Assembly: GCA_951406725.2 (NCBI GenBank)
Contig: OX597835.1
Coordinates: 9,672,001-9,736,000 of the forward strand
Reading direction: 5' to 3'
DNA from: Octopus vulgaris
Taxonomy: Eukaryota
DNA: 64,000 bases
Shown: positions 52,280 through 64,000 of the stretch, one piece after another
Layout of the letters: each line of letters begins with the position of its first letter
Numbering within the stretch: position 1 is the stretch's first letter
The notes under the pieces: model-generated
What the model saw: the letters and a program-made list of their open reading frames with translations, nothing else
Databases searched by the model: none
Told to the model about the DNA's origin: nothing
Position numbers and translations under genes: made by a program

Positions 52280-52428
52280 TGGAAGCACTCCGTCGGTTAC
52301 GACGACGAGGGTTCCGGTTGATCCGAATCAACGGAACAGCCTGCTCGTGAAATTAACGTGTAAGTGGCTGAGCACTCCACAGACACGTGTACCCTTAACG
52401 TAGTTCTCGGGGATATTCAGCGTGACAC
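52280..52428 (-). mobile_element. SINE family B, 5'-truncated, 12 bp TSD with one mismatch
   Basis: ACTTCCCCTGCT (52269-52280) and ACTTCCCTTGCT (52427-52438). Confidence 0.92.
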
Positions 52429-52955
52429 TTCCCTTGCTATATGTTGTGAGAATACATAATTTTTTTTTCTTTACATCCTAGGAATGTTCAAAAGTTAGAC
52501 ATATTTGACCGTTAAAGATATGTAAATTATGCCATCATTAAAAGCTGCCTTTTGAAATCTACTTAAGCTTTGCACGCAGAAATAGGTTATCTTACCTTTT
52601 GAAAACCAATGTACGCGTTTAACATTCTTAATGTTATTGAAGAATGTAAAATAGAAAGAAAATAGACGACTTCTAACAATGCGGTCAGTTTAATAAAAAT
52701 CTGTATGTTTCGAGCTTAAAGGTCCATCTTCAGAAGAAAAGAACAGTCTAAGGAAAGTCCAGTTATGTAGGATCCTTTAATCCACTCCAACGCTCCAGCG
52801 TTTACGTAACAGCAGCGGTCGCTCTCCAAACGTAGGTGTAATCGACGTCCTACACATTGGTGGAAATAAATGACAAACACCTAGGTGTTTCTGTGAGGTA
52901 CTCCATTTGTAGTATGACTGCGTAATGTTGCTGTTAGTTTAGTTACATTTGTTTA

Positions 52956-53340
52956 GGAGGTGCAATGGCCCAGTGGTTAGGGCAGCGGACACGCGATCGC
53001 AGGATCGCGGTTTCGATTCCCAGACCGGGTGTTGTGAGTGTTTATTGAGCGAAAACACCTAAAGCTCCACGAGGCTCCGGCAGGGATGGTGGTGATCCCT
53101 GCTGTACTCTTTCACCACAACTTTCTCTCACTCTTACTTCCTGTTTCTGTTGTACTTGTATTTCAAAGGGCCGGCCTTGTCACTCTCTGTGTCACGCTGA
53201 ATATCCCCGAGAACTACGTTAAGGGTACACGTGTATGTGGAGTGCTCAGCCACTTACACGTTAATTTCACGAGCAGGCTGTTCCGTTGATCGGATCAACC
53301 GGAACCCTCGTCTTCGTAATCGACGGAGTGCTTCCACCAC
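52956..53340 (+). mobile_element. SINE family B, full length, 12 bp TSD
   Basis: ACATTTGTTTAG at 52945-52956 and 53341-53352. Confidence 0.95.
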
Positions 53341-54879
53341 ACATTTGTTTAGTACGTTAACCTTCTACTTGCTCTCATCTCTAACGCCATCTAAGTCGTT
53401 TATACTACAAGTCACTCCTATTCAAGTGTCTACATGCAACTATCGTCACACAAACCAAATATTTCATTTTGACAGATCCTATCTACAACAAAGACCTGCT
53501 GAAAATAGAGCATACTATAAGCTCAAGAATCTCATCTCTTTCATAATCCCGAAGTATAAAATCACAAAATTATGTTGAAAGACACATTCTCTATCATTTT
53601 GCTTTCGCAATATTTTTTTATTCATCTGTATCCCCCTTAACTCTAAGAGTAACGACACAACCCTCCTTAACTTGGCGAATTTTAAACCTAACCCAAAGTT
53701 CATTGCTGTTAGCACAAGCTGCGTTCGAACATCCAACTTCTGTTATTTTATAACCCTAAACCTTATGGCAATTTTTTTTAATATTTGTTGGTTTATTTTA
53801 TTAATTATACCAGGAAAATCATGTTTGTGCAATCTTATTTTCATATTTGTCAAAATTCATTTTTCATCTATTTTGTTTTTCTGTAAATTTATGAAAAAGT
53901 GTTGTTTTGTAACAACAGACATAGTCCAGTAATTGACTGGTCTTATCCGAATAATTAGGTACAAGAAGAGGTCTATTTGACCCTCTTCTGGCCTATAACA
54001 GATATCAATTTATATATTTATAACTGATAGAAGTCTATTATTTTAATGCATTTTAATAAAGTCACATAGAGTAGCGTCGTTCGCTTTTTAAATGTTAAAT
54101 GTTTACAGTTATGTAGCTTCATCTAGCGATCGAGGAGAGGCTATGGTTGCGGATGTTTATAGTAGCCCAATACATTGACAACTAAACGATTTGATGAAAA
54201 CGGAAGATATATTTTAAACACAGTACAACATACAAACTAATTTTGTAAAAATATTTTGCGATAAATTGCACAGTCGCCAATAGTCTTTGTGTAATTGTGT
54301 TACCCAGGATGCGAGAAAATGGAAGCAAAAAGCGCTTTAATGAATAATATAAATTTGAATGCTTGGCAAACAAGCTGCAATACATAACATTTAAAACGGA
54401 CATTAAATTTTCAAAGAAATAACGATGTTGTCAAGATTAAATTTTTATAATGTGTAGAGAAAACATCTATGAAATAAACTGGTAATTAAATAAGAAATTT
54501 TAAGGCAAAATTAATAAATAAGTAAATAGATGTGCATGGGAAATTGTATTGTATATACAAACAGCCTCTGGCGACCGTCCAACAGGAATATGTGTACATA
54601 AGATATAAATGGTGTAGACATTAGAAAATGTAAATTGAGTGTTATCAGCGAGAATAATTATTAGAAAACTTACTCTTTTATTTTTAAATGGAAGCTAAAT
54701 CACGCTTCTAATAATAAAAGAAACTAATTCTTAAATGTTTATATTTATTTGTGCGAGTACCAAATGTCCATTCTATATTTGTTTATTTGTTTCATTTTTA
54801 AGTTGGGCAAATGAGTTTTAGTTAAATAAAAATACTCTTTTAAAATGAAAAATGGTCCTCTTCGTATTCGTTTAAATGG

Positions 54880-55263
54880 TGGAAGCACTCCGTCGGTTAC
54901 GACAACGAGGGTTCCGGTTGATCCGATCAACGGAACAGCCTGCTCGTGAAATTAACGTGTAAGTGGCTGAGCACTCCACAGACACGTGCACCCTTAACGT
55001 AGTTCTCGGGGATATTCAGCGTGACACAGAGAGTGACAAGGCCGGCCCTTTGAAATTCAGGTACAACAGAAACAGGAAGTAAGAGTGAGAGAAAGGTGTG
55101 GTGAAAGAGTACAGCAGGGATCACCACCATCCCCTGCCGGAGCCTCATGAAGCTTTAGGTGTTTTCGCTCAATAAACACTCACAACGCCCGGTCTGGGAA
55201 TCGAAACCGCGATCCTACGACCGCGAATCCGCTGCCCTAACCACTGGGCCATTGCGCCTCCAC
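54880..55263 (-). mobile_element. SINE family B, full length, 12 bp TSD
   Basis: ATTCGTTTAAAT at 54866-54877 and 55264-55275. Confidence 0.95.
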
Positions 55264-56050
55264 ATTCGTTTAAATAATACCAATGTGAAAGGAGAAATAA
55301 AGAAACTCCGACATTACAATTTCCTGAAGGGTCAGAATAAAGCGCCTTCACTGCCAACGAAACAAAAATAAATTATTGATACAAAAAATTATTGATATAA
55401 AAATATAGATTCGTAGTAACTGTTATTGTTGTTATTGCTGAATAGGTAATAACTATCGATATCATTATTATTGCTCCCTTGCACACCTCATGCACTTCAG
55501 AATTAAACAATCCCCCTCATTAAAAGTCCTTTAAAATATGAAGTATTCGTATCAAGGCAACGCATTCCACCCTAACGATGTGACCAGATCTCTCTGGGAT
55601 TAGGCTTAACGTTAAGCTTCGTTCGTCCAAAACCAACTAAAGTATTTGCCAACAATATTCCAGTGAACTCAATACAGCAGAACTCTATTAATATTTTAAA
55701 GTGATAATCAATATACGAAATTGCCACATCACAAAATATATGTAAAATTACCAATTTGTTGCTCAGACAAAATCCATCATGGAAAGGTCTATAATATAGG
55801 GTTTTGTAAATAATCCACTACGTGAAAGCGGATTTTCTTTATTAATGAAGCGATAACCATAACTGTTTAGAGAGACGAATAGAGCCAAACAACACAAAAC
55901 CCAAAAAAAATCTTTGCAAACGTTAAATTAAATTCCTAAGATTTTCAGATCCCAAAAAAAAGGGACTCAACCATATTTTTCAAATACAAAATGTGAGCTG
56001 AATAATATTTAAAAATATAAAATTGTGGGGGGGCCTTAGAGATTCCAGCA

Positions 56051-56318
<268 letters not shown>

Positions 56319-56840
56319 TAAAGGGGCATAGGCCCTAAAACACGACGAGAAACCATGTGTACGTAACTTGTCGGCTTCTTTGGAATGCATTCACACACAG
56401 ACACACAAACACACACAAGCACATGTTTTACCCAGGTGAGAAAGACATCATTAATGATTGATATTCCTTCTACCACAATCGAATATATTTTTTTATTTTT
56501 TTCAAATCATTATTATTTCATATAATTGAACTTTTGTGGATAGCTTGTTTGCGAGAACCGCGATCTTCACGAAGTCACGGTTTTACAATAATATTTCTGT
56601 GTCATCGTTGAATACTCGGATTTCAGAAAATTCAAGTTTACCTTTGCAACCCACCTAAAACAAACACTTATAATGACATTTATTAAATCATTTGTAACAA
56701 CTTTTCTGTCAAAAGCAAAACAAAATGGCCTTTTTCACCTACACAACAAATTGTTAGGTAACCGGTTATATCTGAGTCACGGAGTATATTTGAATGTTCG
56801 CTTGTGTCTGAGTTTGGATAAGCATGAGGTGGAGGGTTCA

Positions 56841-56907
<67 letters not shown>

Positions 56908-57631
56908 TATCACGAGTGTATGGTTATGTGTCTGCGTGATTGTACTGGATGTAAGTGGAAAATCATGTGAATGCTCAGATCGATATTATTAAGGGTTAAA
57001 CCATTTTTTTCTGCAATGATATCTAAATAGAAAAAAAATGTTCTCTACAAATCCGGTATTATTTTCCATATAACAATTATTTCCATGCACGTGTTAGAGT
57101 AGGCGTAATGAGGTAGTTGAAAATGAAATTAAGACAGAGTAATATTGACATCAGGACTTCCCACAAAAATATCAGTGGTATATTGCATGAAATTATCGAG
57201 GATATAATACTGGAGAATATTGAATAATATATTCCCATCGTGTAAATTATGAATTACGAACATCGTAAAACAGCAAATTCTATTCAATGATTGCTATAAA
57301 ATTGCCATCTTTACAAATTAATTTTCTGGCTGTTATCTTTATGAGCAATAACGAGGGAAATTAAAAGTATATGTCTTCAACACGAAAAGGTAAGCCTGAA
57401 AGAAAATACTCCGACAAGCACACACACACGCACACACACACACACACACACACATATACAGGTATATAAGGTGTTCGGGCTAAAGTTGACGATAATTAAT
57501 GTCCCCTTTTCCCCCCTTTTTCTTGCAGAAATAGCTTGAAGTATTGTTGAACTGTGGACGGTATCGGAGATCATTGAGATAATGTTATATCAGTCCCGAT
57601 TTCACATCTCCTAATGGTTATCACATGGATT

Positions 57632-58023
57632 GTGGAGGCGCAATGGCCCAGTGGTTAGGGCAGCGGACTCGCGGTCGTAGGATCGCGGTTTCGATTCCCA
57701 GACCGGGCGTTGTGAGTGTTTATTGAGCGAAAACACCTAAAGCTCCACGACGCTCCGGCAGGGGATGGTGGTGATCCCTGCTGTACTCTTTCACCACAAC
57801 TTTCTCTCACTCTTACTTCCTGTTTCTGTTGTACCTGTATTTCAAGGGCCGGGCTTGTCACTCTCTGTGTCACGCTGAATATCCCCGAGAACTACGTTAA
57901 GGGTGCACGTGTCTGTGGAGTGCTCAGCCACTTACACGTTAATTTCACGAGCAGGCTGTTCCGTTGATTCGGATCAACCGGAACCCTCGTCGTCGTAACC
58001 GACGGAGTGCTTCCATTCCATCC
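57632..58023 (+). mobile_element. SINE family B, full length, 8 bp TSD
   Basis: CATGGATT at 57624-57631 and 58024-58031. TTCCA tail is repeated. Confidence 0.95.
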
Positions 58024-59402
58024 CATGGATTATGACGTGAGGTTAAGAAAGCCGCCATCCGTTTGGCCTGCAACACCAAGATTGAGCTGGCGACCTAGAT
58101 CAAAGTATTCGAAGATCATACCAGGGAGGAACACATACGCCAGGTTCCGGAGATATCATGAGGCCGTAGTGGAACCCAAGGGTTGCTTCTTTATGTAAAC
58201 TGTTCCTTCCCAGCCATGATGTAGTTGATAATTTTTATTCTTTTTGTAAACTACTTCTATTCTTGGATGGCTTTCTGCGTTTTCTTTTCCCTTCATCCAA
58301 GCTCTCAAGTTTTAACCGAACCACCTATACAATCCATGATACAGGTTAAGACAGAAACATAACTGCCCTTGCAGTCGAGAGTTCTTTGGTAGCAAATAGA
58401 ATACCATGCTTTCGTCAATTGCTGTAGGTAACTGCAGTGCCGCGAGAGGTCGTAGATTGTCTCTCAATTATCTAAACTTTGACCCAACAATTTATTGATG
58501 TTGTGAGAGCTGAAGGGAAAGAAGATGCACTGGAAATTGACTACTATTTCTAACAATTTCTGTTCAGAATACTGCAGCATTAACAAATGAAATGTCTTGC
58601 TCAAGGACACAACGCATCGCGCGGCTGAGTATTTGAATGTGCAACCTTATGATCGGGAGACCCATATCCATACCACGACACCTTGTCCCTCATATACGCT
58701 TGTGTGTGTATATATATATATATATAGTGAGAGAAAGTGAATTTGGTTCTGTCTGTATATGATCTATAGTCAAAACTACTATTATTGTGACTACCCTATA
58801 TTTTTATGTTTTAACATTCCATTGATTAGTGTGACCTATCTTAAAGTGTTACGCTGATATTTTTGTAGCTGCTGTTTCTAGCAATTTAAGCACTCGAATT
58901 TCCCAGCTCGGATCGTCACAACAGGTAATAAAACAGGTACTAAAATCGACAAAGTGAGAACTCCAGTTTCAATAAATTCTCTTATTTCTACCATTCTTCT
59001 GGATACGTATAAGTGAAAATTCACCATAAATATTCTGAGACCATAACTGCAGATGCTGGAGCCGAGAGACTCTACTTCTTAAAATATTTGAAATACAGGC
59101 AGATAAATCGATTTTTCTCTTCAATTACATTTCAGTGAAACTGAACAATGTTTCTATAACATATAACCTGAAAAGGTAAGGTGAGACAGTACAATTCGAC
59201 ATAGATTACGAAACCAATGTCCGTGGGAATTGAGACTAACACCATTACGTTTTTGTTGTCGTAATGTTCATAAAACCACTCTGGTAATTTATGGTGAATT
59301 ATGATAACCACCCATCAAACGATCGAGTACATTTCTGTCCATTACATGTGTCAAATATTGATTTCTTATATAGACACAAACCATGCGTATTTATCTCATG
59401 CA

Positions 59403-59660
59403 ACTGCCACGAACGTAGATATACGTTATCGACTCCGTACAAAGAGAGACTAGACTACACGTTTCAAACAGAGGGTTTCACTTCAACACTGCCATGAACG
59501 TAGATATACATTATCGACTCCGTACAAAGAGAGACAACAACGTTTCAAACACAGAGGGTTTCACTTCAACACTGCCATGAACGTAGATATACATTATCGA
59601 CTCCGTACAAAGAGAGACTACACGTTCCAAACACGGAGGGTTTCACTTCAACGCTGCCAT
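59403..59660 (+). repeat. ~83 bp tandem repeat, 3 copies
   Basis: Units start at 59403, 59488 and 59571 (ACTGCCAYGAACGTAGATATACRTTATCGACTCCGTACAAAGAGAGAC...GAGGGTTTCACTTCAAC). Confidence 0.92.
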
Positions 59661-60469
59661 TGTACAATACAATAGCATACCTTACAGATGCTCTCTTTCT
59701 TCAATTCACTTGTTTCGTCACGATCGCAACAAACTCTCCTTCTTTGAAATTGCCAACTATTTGTCCAAGTGAAGATTTTGAATTTTTTAAAGTTTTTTGG
59801 GGTTTTTTTTTATGTCTTCAGCATCGTCTAAGATTTCACAGTATTTCTTTATTTACATTTCACAATGCTTAAACATAAACTAGAAAATAACTCTGACGTG
59901 TATTTGTGTTCCGAATACATTGGCACGTTTGGAGCGACATAATAACCGAGAAAAAAAGAGCCAGAAGGTAAAGAAATTGGCTAGGTTACTCAATCCATTT
60001 CTCTTTGCAACTCTGAGGTTTTATGAGCAAAGAAAGAATGGCAGAAAAAAGGAGAGAAGAAAAGAAGAAAGGAAAGAAAGAAAGAAAGGTATATTATACA
60101 ACAGAACGCGGGGAAAAACAATGTGGAGGTCAATAATTCTCGTGTATTCAGCTAGTTTCATATGTGTATATATAAGTGTGTGTGTCTGTGTGTATTTGTG
60201 TATGTGTGTGTGTGTGGGATGGGGTTGCGATTGTATGAAGTGCGCGTGTGTGTTAGATTGTAATCACTTTATGCGGCGGTAGACGTACTTCGTCAGAAGT
60301 ACTACGTGACTGTAAATCTGATACAGCGAGGCACTGCTCTTTCCAATTGGATATCGATTACTCGAAGGATGCTTTCATAATTTACATGATATGCACATAC
60401 GCACGCAAGACCATACCCACGATCGTTCACACACACACACACGTGTATATATATATTTTTTTTTTATAT

Positions 60470-60664
60470 ATACATGCATGTACATATGCATATACATACA
60501 TACATGCATACATACATACATGCATGCAAACATACATACATGCACACAAGACATACATGAATACATATACGCACATGCATACATACATACATACATACAT
60601 GCATACATACATACATACATCCATTCATCCATCCATACATACATACATACACACACACATACAT

Positions 60665-60695
<31 letters not shown>

Positions 60696-60870
60696 TACAT
60701 ACATACATACATACATACATACATACATCCATCCATTCATCCATCCATACATACATACATACATACATACATACATACATACATACATACATACATACAT
60801 ACATACATACATACATACATACATACATACATACATACATACATACATACATACATGCGTGTACGTATGT
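60470..60870 (+). repeat. (CATA)n/(CATC)n microsatellite
   Basis: Direct reading. Confidence 0.96.
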
Positions 60871-61209
60871 ATAGTTTCACTGATCCGTTAAGTTAAGGGC
60901 AGCATTAATGAATTCTACGCGGAAACAAAATGCCGGAAAGGCGCCGTCGTTTTCCTGATTGTCGACTTGCTGCTCGTTGGTTAACAAGCAAGGTTGCAGT
61001 CGATCGGTTTTCGTCCCACTCCCACCCCGCCCACCGTATAAATGATACCTTGATATCGGATATACTGTCTGGACTGTTTTGAAAACAGCAGCAGGTTCTG
61101 AGTTTTGCTCTGTCGCTTCTGATGCCTCTGGTGTTTTTCTCTCTCCTCATTTTCCTCTCTAGCTCCTTATGGCAGATAACCCCCTAAGTTGACTGTGACT
61201 AACGCATGT

Positions 61210-61455
61210 GTAACAACTAGACTTTCAACCTTATACCACCAGTCGTATCGCTTTCCTCACTGAACTTATGAGGCGACGTCGCTCCAAGATGACTGTATGC
61301 TGAATACGCCATTAAGACTTGCACAGCCACACATATTCTGTCCAATGACATCTCGTTCCTAATCCCTTCAATGTTGATAACTTCTGCTCTAATATAAAGA
61401 TTATGCTCAGCAAAATGTCAGCTTCTGAACCTGGCCATGACTTCTGTATTAAGTG
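61210..61455 (-). mobile_element. Possible old RTE-like LINE 3' coding relic
   Basis: NTEVMAR ... TRCHWTEYVWL...RIQHTVIL...RKAIRL is loosely colinear with NxEVLxR...RWxGHV...RIP...RxxGRP. Confidence 0.3.
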
Positions 61456-62399
61456 ACGTCAAGTGTTGCAGAAGCACAAACATATCAGTTTCTAACGCGA
61501 CAACTCATTTTACCCTTGGAATTTTATACCAATTTCCCACATACACACATACATACACGCATACATACACACACATATACATATACACACTTATATACAT
61601 ATATACATACATCCTATATGCATACGTGCATGCTCACCGTCCCACATATCAGCCAGGAGATTTTTTTTTCTGACACATTTCAGAGCACATTTGGTTTCCA
61701 ACTGACAGACCTATATTTCATTTCTCATTGCCAGTTCTATAAATTCGTCAAGCAAACACAAAGAATTTTTCCGGATAAATTCCTGACATTCTTTGCTTGT
61801 TTTTTTTTTTTTTTTCAGAGAAGCGTCCCATCTTTAAACAACTTTTGGCTTGTAGTTTTAGCTATTGTTTGTTTAAAGATTCTTGTATATTTTTGTAATT
61901 TATTCTAATACTTTCTGCTCTCGCCTTTCTCTGTCTTTATATCAAAAATGTGTTTTGCTGCAAAAATCTTTTTTATTATGTTTTATGTTTTTATTCTTAT
62001 ATTTTATACAAAAGTCGCGACTTTCAAATCATCAAGAATTACAGGCGATCATCGGTTCCATTTTTTTGCTTGAGATTGTCACTCACCGCTGACCCAGACG
62101 AAGAAGCAACCATCATAAAATATCTTTAAACAAAAAATACGATTTCAAATAAATACTTAAAAGAAAACCATTTTTGTCTGCTCCGAGGTAAATGATGCAG
62201 ACATCCAAAACATCCAATGTTAGCGGATTGTAAACAAAACCACTCTCTGGACACACACACACGAACACACACAAACACACAAAAATACACATACATACAC
62301 ACACACAAAGAGTTAATTTTACGCAATGAAACGTGGAAAATGCAAACAGTGTTGAGAGGCAAGTGAAGCACATCTGATGTCGGCAAAAGCAAATCATAT

Positions 62400-63030
<631 letters not shown>

Positions 63031-63249
63031 GTCGTTGTCATCATTGTTGTTGTTTTTGTTGTTGTTGCTGTTGTTGTTACCGTTCTTGTTGCTTCGAAAG
63101 AATTATTACTTTTTAATACATAAAAAATTCATATCCTGGTTTATTAAGCTTCGGAACTGCGCATTCACGTCGTTTACTTCAGGCTAGAGTAAATAAATGA
63201 TTTATTTTATACATTTTCTGCGGTAAACTTTCATTTATTTCTATAAGCA

Positions 63250-63407
63250 AAGTCAAAATTCTGCCGAGGTCGACTTTGCCGTTCATCCCTTCGGGGTCGA
63301 TAAATTAAGTACCAGTTACGCACTGGGGTCGATGTAATCGACTTAAGCCGTTTGTCTGTCCTTGTTTGTCCCCTCTGTGTTTAGCCCCTTGTGGGTAGTA
63401 AAGAAAT
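63250..63407 (+). mobile_element. SINE family D, 5'-truncated
   Basis: Nearly identical to 19340-19495. Confidence 0.9.
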
Positions 63408-64000
63408 ACATAAGCATTATGTGACCTCTACTTCCAGGGTAATAATACAAGGGGCGACTAACTACAAATCTTGTAGCAGTGTACACGCCCCAAGGGTGAA
63501 CATAGATGCAGATTTGTAAACAACATAAAGAGGTAAACAAAAATAATAAACACGGAATAATGAAAGACATCAAACATTTAGATTTTTCAGACACGAAATT
63601 TAAAAACAAAATTGCTTATTGTGCTAATAGCAATGACTGAAGTTTGGCCAGTGTCACTAGCCGAATTGATTCCGGTGATATGGAAAGATAGCCGGCGAAG
63701 AAAGGAAGATAGGAGGGATATGGTATACAGAACTATTCGATCTTGAATGCAATAAGGAATTTATAAGAATAATGACATTGATCTGTCTTAATATACCTGA
63801 ATGGAGGCTTCCACATGCTTTCAGTACAAGTGGCAGTGTGGCTGATAGATGGAACACTATCTGTTCCATCGATACTGGTACGCCCCACAGAATATGGCTT
63901 AATAATCGAAACTGAAAGCAGGCCGAGAAAGCTTCTAAAGAAGCAGCCCAGAGGCTGGTTCTACAATAGTTTGTGTGGTTTAATGCAACGTTTACACTTA

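Noticed and set aside
57632-57710. tRNA-like sequences at SINE heads (also 9851, 44231, 48460)
   Set aside because: No complete cloverleaf or paired acceptor stem, and each continues into a repeat body or simple-repeat tail, so they are SINE heads and not tRNA genes.
59403-59660. CRISPR-like array
   Set aside because: Whole units repeat with no unique spacers, there are no cas genes, and the context is eukaryotic.

Overview
Eukaryotic, AT-rich, repeat-dominated non-coding DNA. The SINE families and very high microsatellite load point to an octopus-like cephalopod genome (inference). No host gene, rRNA, genuine tRNA or CRISPR array is supportable, and nearly all supplied ORFs are translations of microsatellites or SINEs. 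The window contains: at least five tRNA-headed SINE families, one young with clear 8-13 bp TSDs and nested insertions; four R4/Dong-like and one HERO-like non-LTR retrotransposon relics; Penelope-like element (PLE) relics; two Tc1/mariner (maT-like) relics; a complete non-autonomous Helitron; and a small MITE. The most notable signal is a set of short elements in (TA)n arrays that carry minimal type-I hammerhead ribozyme motifs with palindromic helix III. One has the canonical CUGAUGA core. Others have non-canonical cores: UUGANAA (compensatory U3-A8, two unrelated families), CUGUNGA (three copies varying only at N7) and CCGACGA. Two families form fold-back structures. All family assignments are by-eye motif recognition with no database search.
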